Shown: positions 22,332-36,077, counted from the first letter of the stretch. The stretch is 64,000 nt of DNA from Mobula birostris (GCF_030028105.1 NC_092383.1:86571921-86635920), one strand, 5' to 3'. A program made the numbers and translations. The notes: generated by a model from the sequence alone, not told the origin.

Positions 22332-23482
22332 TAGTCATAGTCATAGTCATAGTCGTAGTCATACTTTATTGATCCTGGGGGAAATTGGTTTTCGTTACAG
22401 TTGCACCATAGATAATAAATAGTAATAAAACCATAAATAGTTAAATAGTAATATGTAAATTATGCTAGGAAATAAGTCCGGGACCAGCCTCTTGGCTCAG
22501 GGTGTCTGACCCTCCAAGGGAGGAGTTGTAAAGTTTGATGGCCACAGGCAGGAATGACTTCCTATGACGCTCAGTGTTGCATCTCGGTGGAATGAGTCTC
22601 TGGCTGAATGTACTCCTGTGCCCAACCAGTATGTTATGTAGTGGATGGGAGACATTGTCCAAGATGGCTTGCAACTTGGACAGCATCCTCTTTTCAGACA
22701 CCACCATCAGAGAGTCCAGTTCCATCCCCACAACATCACTGGCCTTACGAATGAGTTGGTTGATTCTGTTGGTGTCTGCTACCCTCAGCCTGCTGCCCCA
22801 GCACAAAACAGCAAACATGATAGCGCTGGCCACCACAGCCTCGTAGAACATCCTCAGCATCGTCCAGCAGATGCTAAAGGACCTCAGTCTCCTCAGGAAA
22901 TAGAGACGGCTCTGACTCTTCTTGTAGACAGCCTCAGTGTTCTTTGACCAGTCCAGTTTATTGTCAATTCTTATCCCCAGGTATTTGTAATCCTCCACCA
23001 TGTCCACACTGACCCCCCGGATGGAAACAGGGGTCACCCGTACCTTAGCTCTCCTCAGGTCTACCACCAGCTCCTTAGTCTTTTTCACATTAAGCTGCAG
23101 ATAATTCTGCTCACACCATGTGACAAAGTTTCCTACCGTAGCCCTATACTCAGCCTCATCTCCCTTGCTGATGCATTCAACTGTGGCCGAGTCATCAGAA
23201 AACTTCTGAAGATGACAAGACTCTGTGAAGTAGTTGAAGTCCGAGGTGTAAATGGTGAAGGGAAGGGGAGACAAGACAGTCCCCTGTGGAGCCCCAGTGC
23301 TGCTGATCACTCTGTCGGACACACAGTGTTGCAAGCACACGTACTGTGGTCTGCCAGTCAGGTAATCAAGAATCCATGACACCAGGAAAGCATCCACCTG
23401 CATCACTGTCAGCTTCTCCCCCAGCAGAGCAGGGCGGATGGTGTTGAATGTACTGGAGAAGTCAAAAACCATGACCCTCTCA
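22332..23482 (-). mobile_element. 5'-truncated Rex1/Babar-type LINE with (CTATGA)n tail
   Basis: 343-aa ORF: FDFSSTFNTI, GAPQGTVLSP, KFSDD, LNVKKTKELVV, QSRLYFLRRLRSF. Absent at the paralogous site near 59780. Confidence 0.9.
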
Positions 23483-24834
23483 GTTACATGAGGCATCCAT
23501 TGGTACTTCCTTAAATTCTGTTTTGTAAGTCATGTAAAGAGCACAGAAGTTCTCAGCATATCCACTGAGAATTGCTTTGGGATGTCCTCAGAAAGGGAAA
23601 GGGCCCCTTTCAGAATCAGAATCAGGTTTGTTTTAACTGTCTTCTGATGTAAAATTCCCTGTTTTGCAGCAGAAAAAAAAACGAGCAAGTTCATTCCCTC
23701 AGACTATTAATGAGTTTGGGTTTAACAGGTCCAGATTCACAAGTGGGACCACTGTAAATGAAATTATCTCGGGCTAATCAAATCCCATCAGATAACCCTG
23801 ACCTGTAGAGGTCAAGAGCTCCTAACAGACTCTAGTGTTTTTGCTTCACATCCTCACACAGCAGGTGAAGACTATTGTGTCATATTCCTCCTTGTCAATG
23901 AGGCATTTCAAAGTTTAAAATTCAAATTAAATTTATTATCAGAGTACATATATGTCACCATATACTACCCTGATTGTAGTTACAATAATGAAGTTCACCT
24001 TCTGTTTTATTTCCAAGACATTTTATTCTATGTATGTACATTTATGGGTTACAGGTGCATGTTAGTACTGAGAAAAGTTACACTATCTGTTTGCAGGTTT
24101 ACACCCTGATGACCAATGCAAGCTGCAATAATTTGCAGCTCACTCATTTTAATCAGCACCAACTTTATTTTCATGCTTGAGTCTCTTTCTCACTCCATTT
24201 CTTCAACATGCATTACAATAGGACAGTAGTCGTGCACCTTATCAAAGTTCAAAAAGAGCTGCTGCGCTCTTGTTAGAGAAACGTCACTCTGAGACAATAT
24301 CCCCTGCACCATCAGTCTTCAGGACGGATATGTCACTCAGAGATTTGCACTGATATTATTATTATCATTATTATTTATTTTTGTGTATCTATGTGCTTTT
24401 TTAACTATATGTGTTGTGTGATGTGTGCTGTGTGTAACTGTCTTCTGTGTTTTTCACCTTGGCTCCGGAGGAACATTGTTTTGTTTAGCTGTTACATGTG
24501 CATGGTTGAATGACAAATAAACTTGAACTTCAGATTGAACTTGAAAAGGTCCTTTGCATTTTCTAACTTCATGATTATAATGACAATAGTGTAGTTCACC
24601 TCTTATTTTCAAGACCCTTTATTGTACATTCATGGGTTACAGTCACAGATCAGTACTGAGAAAAGTTACACCTTCTATTTGCAGATTCACACCCTGATGA
24701 ACAATGCAAGCTGCAAAAGTTTGCAGCTCACTCATTTTAGTCAGCACCCAACTTTTATTTCCATTGCTCATTCTTCTTTAAAACCTTTGTACAGTGACCA
24801 GAAATTTTCATGCTGTGTCTCTTTCTCACTCCAT

Positions 24835-27800
24835 TTATGCAGATAGGGGATTCTGCAGCAGCAAAAGAAACAGCAGGATAGTGTGTTGCCTCCTGTGTGC
24901 TAGGGTTCAGGATGTCTCAGAATGGTTGAAGAATATTCTTGAAGGGGAGCGTGAGCAGCTGGAGGTCACAGTACATGTTGGTACCAATGATATAGGCAGG
25001 AGAGGGGTAGAGGTTCTGCGTCGTACATTTAGGGAGTCAGGAAGGAGGCTGAAGAGCAGAACCTCCAAGGTGGTAATCTCCAGATTACTCCTGGTGCCAT
25101 GAGCTAGTGAAGGTCAGAACAGGAAGATAACACAGATGAATGAGTGGCTGAGGAGATGGAGCAGGGGGCAGGGTTTCAAGTTCTTGAATCATTGGAACCT
25201 TTTCTGGGGAAGGGGTGACCTGTACAAGGGGGACGGGTTGCACCTGAACTGGAGGGTAACTAATATCCTGGGAGGGAGGTTTGCTCATACTATTGGGGAG
25301 GGTTTAAACTAGATTTGCAGTGGGGTGGGAACCGAAGTGAAGAGGCAGAGGATGTGGTAGTGGTGCAAAAGTCGGGACAGCTTGTAGGAAGTTTGTGAGG
25401 GAGGAGAAACAGATGATACAGCAAAGATGCATTCAGCCAGATGGTTTGAGATGTGTCTATTTTAATGCAAGGAGAATCATAGGCAAGGCAGATGAACTTA
25501 GAGTGGGGAGCAATATGTGGAACTATCATGTTGATGTGACTACAGAGACTTGGATGTCTCAGGTGCAGGAATGGCTGCTGAGTGTGCCGAGTTTAGAGGT
25601 TTTAAAAAGGACTGGGAGGGAGGCAAAAGAGATGGGGGAGAAGCATTGCTAATCAGGGATAGTATTACGGCTGCAGAAAAGGAGGAAGTCTTGGAAGGAT
25701 TGTCTACTGCGTCATTGTGGGTGGAAGTCAGAAACAGGAAGGGGGCAAAAATTCTGCTGGGTGTTTTTTATAGACCATCACCCAATAGTAACAGAGACAT
25801 CGAGGAGCAGATAAGGAGGCAGATTCTGGAATGGTGCAAAAATAAAAGGGTTGTTGTGATGAGTGATTGTAACTTTCCAAATATTGACTAGCATTTCTTT
25901 CGAGCAAGGGGTTTAGGTGGGGTGGAATTTGTTAGTTGTGTTCAGGAAGGTTTCCTGATGCAATACGTAGATAAGTCAACTAGAGAAGAGGCTGTACTTG
26001 ATCTGGTATTGGGAAATGAACTGTCAGGTGTCAGATCTCTCAGTAGAAGAGCATTTTGGAGATAGTGATCACAACTCTTTCTGCTTTACCTTAGCGCTAG
26101 AAAGAGACAGGAGCAGACTATTTGCAAAAACATTTAATTGGGGTAGGTGAAATATGATACTGTTTGGTAGGAACTTAGGAACATAAATTGGAAGCTGATG
26201 TTCTCAGGGAAATGCATGGCAAAAAAGTGGCAAGTGTTCAGGGAACATTTGCATGGCGTTCTGCATGGGTATGTTCCATTGAGGCAGGGAAAGGATTGTG
26301 GGATAAAAAAGTCACGGTGTACAAAGGATGTAGAAAATCTAGATAAAAAGTAAAGAAAAATTTACAAAAGGTTCAAGAAACTAGGTACTGTTAGAGCTCA
26401 AGAAAATTACAAGGGTGCCAGAAAGGAGCTCAGGAATGAAATTAGGAGAGCCAGAAGGGGCCATGAGAAGGCACTTGTAAACAGGATGAAGGAAAACCCA
26501 AGGGCGTTCTACAAATATGTGAAGAACAGGAGGATGAGCCATGTGAGAATAGGACTAATCAGGAGCGATAGTGAAAAACGTGTATGGAGTCAATGGAGAT
26601 AGCGGAGGAACCTAATGAATACTTTGCTTCAGTATTCACCAATGAAAAGGACCTTAGCAATTGTGAGGGTGACATACAGCAGATTGAAACAGTTGAGTGA
26701 ATAAACATTAAGAAAGAGGATCTGCTGGAGCTTCTGAAAGGTACTAAGTTAGATGAGTCACCGGGACCGATCGTGATATACCCCAGGCTACAGGGGGAAG
26801 CGAGGAAGAAGATTGCTGAGATTCTGGTGATGATTTTTGTATCATCAATAGGGACAGGCGAAGTACCAGAGGACTGCATGGTTGCAAACTTTGTTCACTT
26901 GTTCAGAAAAGGGATTAGAGATACTCCAGGAAATTATAGACCAGTGTGTCTTACTTCAGTGGAGGGCAAGTTGTTGGAGAAGATCCTGAGAGGCAGGATT
27001 TATGAACATTTGGAAATATATTGTCACCAGATTTGGATATGGCCCAAGTGCAGAGTGAGAGAAACTGAAGTGGTTCGATATTTCACAGACTTTAATGTGA
27101 ACGATGTTAGAAAGGAAAAAGAAAACAATAAACGTTAGGCCAAACAGGGCCATTGACTAAAACACTCAGATGGAAAGTGGAGCCTACAGTGCGGCTGAAA
27201 AGAACAACTAAGAATAAAATGAATACCGCTTGTCTTCACAGTCAGTTGACAGTCCAATTTCTCAGCCAAGGCAGAATGCAGGTAATGAAGTGTAGCTATG
27301 TCCATGACCAAGTCTCGACAAATACTATGACTGGAGTTAAATACTATCACAATGAAGTAACAATTAGCTGACACATGCACATTCATGAGTGCAATTGCCG
27401 AATCTCCTGCGCTGCCGAATCCGTGGTTCTAACAGACGTAATCTGATTAGGGAGAGTCAGCATGGCTTTGTCAAGGGCACATCAAGCCTTATGAAAATAT
27501 TGAGGCATGGGATCCAAGGAGACCTTGCTTTGTGAATCCAGAATTGGCTTGTCCACAGAAGGAAAAGAGTGTTTGTATATGGTTTGTATTCTGCATGGAG
27601 GAGGGTGACCAGTGGTGTTCCACAGTGATTTGCTCTGGGACCCCTCCTCTTTGTGATTTTTATAAATGACCTGGATGAAGAAGTGGAAGGGTGGGTTAGT
27701 CAGTTTGCTGATGACACAAAAGTTGGGGGTGTTGTGGATAGTCTGGAGGGTTGTCTGAGGTTAGAGTGCGATGTCGATAGGATGCAGAACTGGACTGAGA

Positions 27801-28610
27801 AATAGCAGATGGACTTCAACCCAGATAAATGTGAAGTGATTTATTTCAGGAGGTCAAATTTGAAGACAGAATATAATGTTAATAGTAAGACTCTTGGCAG
27901 TGTGGAGGATCAATGTGATTTTGGGATCTGTGTCCATAGGGGACTCTAAGCTGCCGTGCAGGTTGACTGTGTTGTTAAGAAGGTGTATGGTATTTTGGCC
28001 TTCATCAACCATGGGATTGAGTTTCAGAGCTGTGACGTAATTTTACAGCTATATAAGACCTTAGTTAGACTTCATTTGGAGTACTGTCTTCAGTTCTGGT
28101 CACCTCACTACAGGAAGGATGTGGATACTCTAGAGACAGTGCAAAGTAGATTTAAAAGGATGTTGCCTGGATTGGAGATCATGCCCAATGAGAACAGGTT
28201 GAGTGAACTTGTCCTTTTCTTCTTGGAGTTACAGAAGATGAGAGATGACCTGAAAGAGGTGTGTAAGATGATGAGAGGCATTGATCGTGTGGATAGCCGG
28301 AGGCTTTTACCCCAGGCTGAAATGGCTAACATAAAGGATCATAGTTTCAAGGAGTTTGGAAGTAGGTACAAGGTCTAAGTGAGAGGTAAATTTTTCCACA
28401 CAGAGTTGTCATTGTGCAGTATGCACTGCCGGCAATGGTGGTGGAGGTGGGATTCAATAGGGTCTTTTAAGAGACTCGTAGATAAGTAAATGGAGCTCAG
28501 AAAAATAGAGAGCTATTTGGAAATTCTAGGCAGTTTCTAGAGTAGGTTACATGGTTGGCACAACTTTGTGGGCCGAAGGGCCTGTAATGTGCTGTAAATT
28601 TCTGTGATCT
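24835..28610 (+). mobile_element. Degenerate near full-length CR1 (esterase ORF1, APE, RT)
   Basis: VHVGTND, WVEVRNRKG..GVFYRP, NYRPVCLTS, fadd-like sequence at about 27705, LEYCLQFWSPHY; many stops. Confidence 0.9.
27022..27434. mobile_element. Solo LTR-like insert within CR1
   Basis: TGTCACC...CTAACA termini; interrupts an otherwise continuous CR1 ORF2. Confidence 0.6.
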
Positions 28611-28869
28611 ATGCTCAAAAATGCGTTACTGTAGATAAGTAATCATGCACCTTATTAAAGCTCAAAAAGTTTAAAGTAAATTTATTATCAAAATTTGAAA
28701 ATATCACTATATATGAAGAAAGTGTAATTCTGAAAAGTGGAGAAAAAGAAAACAGTTCTGTTATTTGTAGCAACACACACAAAATGCTGGGGGAATTTCA
28801 CAGGCCAGGCAGCATCAATGGAAAAGAGTACAGTCAATATTTCATATAGATTAGTAGAGTACAGGATGA

Positions 28870-29560
28870 GTCTTTCGGCATACAATACTCAGACAATCTA
28901 TGTTCCATGATCAGTCTAATTCATCCCTCCTACATAGCCCATAACACATTATTTTTCATACATACATGTGCGTGCCTATCTGCAAGTCTCTTAAATGTTC
29001 CTATTATATCAGCCTCTACTCCCATGCCTGCCATGCATTTCAGGGACACACCAATCTGTGTAAAAAAAAACTTGCCTGTTATATTACCCCTAAACTTTCT
29101 TCCAATCACCTTAAATGGACGTCCTCTGGTATTGGTCATTGTCACCACGGGAAAGGGGTGCTGGCTGTCCACTCAATCTATGGCTTACACTCTACAATAC
29201 TCCAAGGGTGATCAAATCAGAGTTTTACAGAGCTGCACCATTACCTTGCAGCTCTGGAAATCAGTCCCCAGTGCATCACACACCTTCTTTAACATTCTTT
29301 TAACTCGTGCAGCAACTTCGAGGAATCAACATACTTGGACCCCAATATCCCTCTGTACCTCCACATTGCTCAGAGTTCTGCCATTGACCTTGCAATCTGC
29401 CTTCAAGTTCAATTGTCCAAGGTGTACTGTCCTCTTATTTTTGTCTCCCCGACATGCTCTTTGTATGAGTCCTACTTTATTGCAACTTCTGCAAGTTTCA
29501 CCTTTAAACCTGCATTTATTTGGTGAATGTGAGCCCCTGACACAATGCTAACACAATTTG
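28870..29560 (-). mobile_element. Old CR1 3' fragments
   Basis: GRPFKVIGRKFRG..KFFFTQ..GTFKRL motif on the minus strand. Confidence 0.6.
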
Positions 29561-30520
29561 TTCAGCCTGGCCAGTTTGTGTTCGGATATTGCAAATTGTT
29601 TACACTAACTTTCATTCTTGACTACAATTCAATTGCATCCCTGTCTGTGGTTTCCTTTGAAACAACAATTTTAGATGTTCTGTTGAATGTGAGTTGTGCT
29701 TCAGTTAAGAGCTATTTTTGACTGCTTTCTTGTAAGATTCCACAAACTAAATAATCTTTCAGTGCATCATCAAGCCCAGCATTGAGCTGATAATACTCAG
29801 ATAATCTCTTCAATTCAGCCACAAACGCTGAAGTGGACTCCCCTTCTTTCTGATTCTGCAAATGAAACCTAAAGCTTTCTGTAATTGATAATAACATTGT
29901 TTCTAAATGTTCTAAATTTCTGCTGGTTTGTTTGGAGCAGTCTAAATTTCAAAGCAAACTGTATGCCTTTAAAGGCAAAGTACTCAGCAAAATTGGCACT
30001 TGTTTCTCGGTATCTATTATATTTGCTTCAAACTATTGTTGAATTAACTCAGTATACACAGTCCGATTGTCTGGTGTGGAATCAGACGAGCCCGTCTTTC
30101 TGATGTAGCTAGCTGTTTGTGCTGTTTTAAATGATAATTAGCGTCTGGTTCTCACTCTTTATGAATGGATGAATTCTTCTGATTTCTGATGTTTTCAAAA
30201 CTTGATTGTGTTCTCCATTCAGAAGAACATGTGCTGTGCTGCTTTTCTATTAATTTGGACCACCTCTGCACGTGCTGGGCTACAATTTCTTTTACTTGCA
30301 ATGTTTCTTTACTTCAAATCTTTTGCTGCACTTCAGCAGGTTGACAGCCATCTAACATTCATTTTAAAGATACGTCGTCACCAATGCTATGTTTTGTAAC
30401 TTCAAAACATCAATCTAATTCAAAAGAAGATATGGGAGTCAGGGAATGTGGGTCTAACTTCGTTCTTCATTTCAAACGAGGCGTGCATGTATCATGTGAA
30501 TTGCATACATCATCATGCTA
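29560..30520 (-). mobile_element. Gypsy remnant: LTR end, PBS-like motif and gag fragment
   Basis: FRFHLQNQKEGESTSAFVAELKRLSEY..DALKDYLVCGILQES is Gypsy gag-like; minus strand ...catagca|ttggtgacgacg at about 30372-30390. Confidence 0.75.
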
Positions 30521-30929
30521 GCTCATATTTTATGATCTTATGGTCTTGATTCCATTAAGAAAATCCAGGAGCCTAAATGTGATCTGTTCACTACGTTTGA
30601 ATTTCATTCTCAACTAAACCAAAAGGATAAATTACTTATTAATATCAACAATTTATTAATAAGAATATTAACAGATTATTTATTAGTTATTGAAACATAC
30701 AACAACAACCTCAGGCATATGAATCCACAGTGTGATCGCGGGACCATCGCAGCACGAGGAGGAACGAGGGGCTCGGGAGAGCGCTGAGAGCTGGGAAGCA
30801 GCTGAGGAGCTGAGGTGAGTGTGCTTGAAAAGGAGCGTGGAGGGCAACTGAAGGATTAATCAGAGTGTTGATTAGTTGATTGGAGGAGTGAGTACTTGAG
30901 ATAATTGGCAGGGACAAATATAAGGAGGG

Positions 30930-33900
30930 GCAACTAAAGAGGAGCGGCCAGTGTGTGAGTGGCTCCGGGTAGGAGTGGAGCTTTGAGGCTTTGGCGAGCA
31001 GAGGCTGAGGACAAGCTTGCTCCCAGTGAGGTAAGGCCGGGTAAGTTCCTTTAATTAATTTAATTAACTTAGGAGTAGGTAATGGAGGCAGCAGTTAGGG
31101 CAGTCGAGTGCTCCGTTTGCAGTATGTGGGAAGTCAGGGACAGCACAATTATCCCTGATGACTACACCTGTAAAAGGTTCATCCAGCTGCATCTCCTGAC
31201 AAACCGAGTTAGGGAACTGGAGCTGGAGCTGGATGAACTTCGGATCATTCCTGAGGCTGAGGCAGAAATAGACAGGAATTTCAGGGAGACAGTCACCCCT
31301 AAAAGTCAGGAGGCAGGTAGTTGGGTGACTGTCAGTAGAGGAAGGGGAATAGACAGAAAGAGCAGAGCACCGCAGTGGCCGTTCCCATCAACAATAAGTA
31401 TACCAATTTGGATACTGTTGGTGGAGACGACCTACTGGGGACAAGTTGTAATGGTCACGTCTCCGGCACCGAATCTGGACCCTCAGCTCAGAAGGGAAGG
31501 AGGGAGTAGAGGAGAGTAGTAGTGATAGGGGATTCAATAGTTAGGGGGACAGATAAGAGGTTCTGTGGAAGAGATCGAGATCACGGATGGTCTGTTGCCT
31601 CCCTGGTACCAGGGTCTGCGATATCTCAGATCGAGTTCTCGGCCTTCTCAGGAGGGAGGGTGAGCAGCCAGATGTCGTGGTCCATGTAGGGACTAATGAC
31701 GTGGATAGGAAGGAGGATTAGGTCCTGCAAAGAGGGTTTAGAAAGTTAGGTGCAAAGTTGAAGGACAGGGCCTCCAGGGTTGCAATCTAGAGATTGCTAC
31801 CCATGCCACGTGCTAGTGAGGCTAGAAATAGGAAGATAATGCAGCTAAATACGTGGCTGAGGAGATGGTGCAGGAGGCAGGGCTTCATGTTTCTGGACAA
31901 TTGGGCTTTGTTCCAGGGAGGGTGGGATCTGTTCCAATGGGACGGTTTGCGCCTGAACAGGAGGGGGACTAACATCCTTGTGGGTAGGTTTGCTAGTTCT
32001 GCTGCAGGGGGTTTAAACTAGATTTGCAGGGAGAGGGGAACCAGAGTGTTAGAGCAGATAGTGAGGTGGAGGAGGATAAAGGACATGGGAGAACTGCATG
32101 TATAAACAGAAATCAAAGGTTTGGCGGTGACAGAAATCTGCTCAGGTGCATCTATTTCAGTGCAAGGAGTATTGTAGGTAAGGCAGATGAGTTTAGGGCG
32201 TGGACTGGCACGTGGGATTACAACATTATTGCTGTTAATGTGACTTGGTTGCAGGAGGGGCAGGACAGGCAGCTCAGTGTTCCGGGGTTCCATTGTTCCA
32301 GATGTGACAGAGGGGGAGGGATGAAAGGGGGAGTGGCATTACTAGTCAGGGAAAATATCACAGATGTGCATAGACAGGACAGCCCGGAGGGCTCGTCTAC
32401 AGAGGCCATATGGGTGGAGCTGAGGAACAGGAAAGATGTGACCACACTAATAGGGTTGTATTATAGACCACCCAATAGTCAGAGAGAATTGGAGGAGCAA
32501 ATCTGTAGAGATAGCAGACCGATGTAAGAAACAGGAAGTTGTAATAGTAGGGGATTTTAACTTTCCACGTATTGACTGGAACTCTCACACTGTGAAAGGG
32601 CTGGCTGGCTTGGAGTTTGTCAAATGTGTTCAGGAAAGTTTTCTAAATCAATATATAGAGGTACCAACGATGAAGGATACAATACTCGATGTCCTACTAG
32701 GGAACCAGACAGGTCAGGTGACAGAAGTATGTGTAAGCAAACATTTTGTGTCCAGTGACCATAATAACCATATAACCATATAACAATTACAGCACGGAAA
32801 CAGGCCATCTCGGCCCTTCTAGTCCATGCCAAGCGCTTACACTCACCTAGTCCCACCGACCTGCCCATAACCCTCCATTCCTTTCCTATCCATATAGCTA
32901 TCCAATTTTACTTTAAATGACAATATCGAGCCTGCCTCTACCACTTCTACTGGAAGCTCCTTCCACACATCTACCACTTTCTGAGTAAAGAAGTTCCCCC
33001 TTGTGTTACCCCTAAACTTTTGCCCCCTATCTCTCAACTCATGTCTTCTTGTTTGAATCTCCCCCACTCTCAATGGAAAAAGTATATCCACGTCAACCCT
33101 ATCTATCCCCCTCATAATTTTAAGTACCTCTATCAAGTCCCCCCTCAACCTTCTACACTCCAAAGAATGAAGACCCAACTTGTTCAACCTTTCTTTGTAA
33201 CTCTGGAGATGAAACCCAGGTAACATTCTAGTAAATCTTCTCTGTACTCTCTCTATTTTGTTGACATCTTTCCTATAATTCGGTGAACAAAACTGTACAT
33301 AATACTCCAAATTTGGCTTTACCAATGCCTTGTACAATTTTAACATTACATCTTAACTCCGATACTCAATGCCCTGATTTATAATATCATTATAAATCAG
33401 AATGTTATTATAAATTATAATGTCATTAGTTTCAAGTTAATTATGGATGAGGATAGGTCTGGTCCTCGAGCTGAGGTTCTAAATTGGAGAAAGGACGATT
33501 TTGTGGAAATGAGAAAGGATCTAGGAAGAGTGGGTTGGGATAAGTTGTTTTCTGGCAAGGGTGTGTTCAGTAAGTGGAAGGCCTTCAAAGGCGAAATTTT
33601 GAGAGTGCAGAGTTGGCATGTTCCTGCCATGATTAAAGCCAAAGCTAACAAGCATAGGGAACCTTGGTTTTCAAGGGATATTGACGATCTGATCAAGAAA
33701 AATAAAGAAGTGTATAGCAGGTATAGGCAACAAGGAACAAATGAGTTACTTGAAGAGTATAGAAAATGTAAGAAAATACGAAAGAAGGAAATCAGGAAGG
33801 CAAAAAGAAGACATGAGGTTGCTTTGGCAGATAATGTGAAGGTAAACCCGAAGGGTTTCTACAAGTATATTAAGAGTAAAAGGATAGTAAGGGACAAAAT

Positions 33901-34755
33901 TGGTCCCCTAGAAGATCAAAGACCAATGAGAAAAATGGGCCAGAAAATGTTAGATAGAATTTAATGCAGCCAAGTGTGAAGTGTTCCATTTTGGAAGGAC
34001 AAATCAAAGTAGGACATACACAGTAAATGGTAGGGCACTGAGGAGTGTAGAGGAACAAAAGGGTCTAGGAGTTCAGATGCATAATTCCCTGAAAGTGGTA
34101 TCACAGGTAGACAGGGTTGTAAAGAAGGCTTTTGGCATCCTGGCATTCATAAATTAAAGTATTGAGTATAGGAGTTGGAATGTTATGGTGAGGTTGCATA
34201 AGACATAGGTGAGGCCAAATTTGGATATTGTGTACAGTTCTGGTCACCTAACTATAGGAAGGATATCAGTAAGATTGAAAGAGTGCAGAAAAGATTTACG
34301 AGAATGTTGCTGGGTCTTCAGGAGTCGAGTTACAGGGAAAGATTGAACAGGTTAGGACTTTATTCTTTGGAGCATAGAAGAATGAGGGGAAATTTGATAC
34401 AGGTTTACAAAATTATGAGGGGTGTAGACAGAGTAGATGTGAGTAGGCTCTTTCCACTTAGATTAGGAGAGATAAATATGAGAGGACATGGCTTTAGAGT
34501 GAAAGGGGAAAGGTTTAGGGGGAACTTCTTCTCTCAGAGAGTGGTGGGAGTGTGGAATGAGCTGCCATCTGACATGGTAAATGCAGGCTCACTCTTAAGT
34601 TTTAAGAATAAATTGGATAGATACATGGATGGGAGAGGTCTGGAGGGATATGGACTGGGTGCAGGTCAATGGGACTGGCGGAATAAAGTTTTGGCACATA
34701 CTAGAAGGGCCGAATGGCCTGTTTTCTGTGCTGTAGTGTTCTATGGTTCTAACAG
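30930..34755 (+). mobile_element. Full-span degenerate CR1 (5' UTR, zinc-finger/esterase ORF1, ORF2 with internal deletion)
   Basis: MEAAVRAVECSVCSMW..DDYTCKRF..RVRELELELDEL; esterase block; APE WVELRNRK..LYYRPP; 3' end QKRFTRML..NFFSQRVVGVWNELP. Confidence 0.9.
32763..33390 (-). mobile_element. CR1 3' fragment nested antisense in the 30.9-34.8 kb CR1
   Basis: 167-aa C-terminal ORF and (taaccata)n tail; host sequence resumes at about 33420. Confidence 0.88.
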
Positions 34756-34778
34756 CATTTAATAGAGTAAAATGTTCT

Positions 34779-34817
34779 TCAGCAGTTCACAGCCATGATA
34801 GGGTTAAAAATTGTTGC
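34779..34817 (-). CDS. Candidate terminal exon of gene B (ATIFNPIMAVNC-stop)
   Basis: Strong acceptor ttgttttctttttgtggcacag, phase 0; TGA ends at 34779; ATTAAA on the minus strand at 34763-34758. Alternative acceptors near 35010-35030 are not excluded. Confidence 0.35.
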   Translation of the reverse strand, partial: ATIFNPIMAVNC

Positions 34818-35082
34818 CTGTGCCACAAAAAGAAAACAATGTGAAAAGGTGCCATATAATTGAGATCTGCGGAGGTGGCATGTTGGAAATGGAATGCTCA
34901 AAAAAGTTAATGTCCTGAAGTATGGTAACATTATTTCTTCACCTTCATGAAGTTGATAATGAATGATGAGAGGTTAATTCTCCATAAATGTTAAATTTGC
35001 AGAAATTCTGAAGAAGTATGAATACTTGATCCTGTTGCGAGATTTCAACACAATCTGTGTGATCCCAAAGCCTTCACTTTAC

Positions 35083-35121
35083 CTTATAGACCACTCTGGG
35101 AGGATCTGATTCATCAGGTTT
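35083..35121 (-). CDS. Gene B cytoplasmic exon KPDESDPPRVVYK
   Basis: Acceptor gttgccttttacag, donor AAG|GTAAAG; 39 nt, phase 0-0, matching the TM exon end. Confidence 0.65.
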
Positions 35122-35375
35122 CTGTAAAAGGCAACGGTCAAATCATCAGACTCATTGACACTGGGAACTCTGCTTTAGAGTTGTATCTGGAGCTTGGACT
35201 CCAATATATTCACATCAAACATTCTGCACACATACAGTTGTCAACATCTTGTCAATATCATCTGCAGATAGCTTTGGATTGACCATTGGATAAGAAATAG
35301 TCAATGTGTTTAAATATCTTCCCTCAAATGATCAGTATATTTGAAAGCAAATTCCATTGATGTCCAGAAACCTAC

Positions 35376-35466
35376 CTTAGTTTCCCTTGTGAACCATGAG
35401 ACTGAAATAGTGCAGATCAGCAGCAGTGTGAAGAGCAGCCAACGACCAACCTTCCATATCATGAAA
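35376..35466 (-). CDS. Gene B transmembrane exon (S)FMIWKVGRWLLFTLLLICTISVSWFTRETK
   Basis: Acceptor ttctgtatctcttcccctttgctcag (phase 2), donor AAG|GTAGGT (phase 0); hydrophobic helix followed by R/K. Phase matches the stalk exon at 44428-44482. Confidence 0.85.
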
Positions 35467-35859
35467 CTGAGCAAAGGGGAAGAGATACAGAACTGATGAG
35501 ACAAAACGAGATGGCTCTGTGTTTGAAACATTTACCTCCTGTTTCCTCTGTAACCTTAGTGGAGTGGAGCTCGGTAGATAAGCACAGGCAGACGAGTTTA
35601 ATTAGAAGAGTAAACTAGTGTTGACAGAACGATGAGTAGGAGAAAGGAGAAAAACCTGATCATCATCTGGAACAAAACCACATTTTCTCGAGGCAGTGGC
35701 AACATCTTGGATTGCAGTCATTCATTGATACTATTATGATTGTTGGAATTCCTGAGTATGCCCGCTAGAAAATGAATCTCAGGGTTGTATAATAAATTTA
35801 TTTTGAGCTTTGAAATCTTTTCTGCATTACATCTAGTTCAATAACATTTTTTTTTAGCA

Positions 35860-36077
35860 GAATACCAACTTCTCCTCTCATGTGTCATCACTGATTATTA
35901 TTCTTCCATATTGTTCACTTTGCCCATTTGTATTCACTAACAATGTGCTCTGGCAGTCCTACATGAGGCACAAATACTTTGTGTGTGAACGGTATATTGG
36001 TGCATAGTGACAATCGATTGTGACCACTCTTCCCCACAACTCCTCTTATTTATCTTCTGCCCATAAACCACACAAAA
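35860..36077 (-). pseudogene. V'' pseudo-exon (paralog of V' at 2949-3264) inside gene B intron
   Basis: LWAEDK*..WSQSI..PIYRSHTKYLCLM*DC..LVNTNGQSEQYGRIIISDDT*: in-frame stops and 3' truncation. Flanking intron matches 3300-3440 and 4700-5280. Confidence 0.8.
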
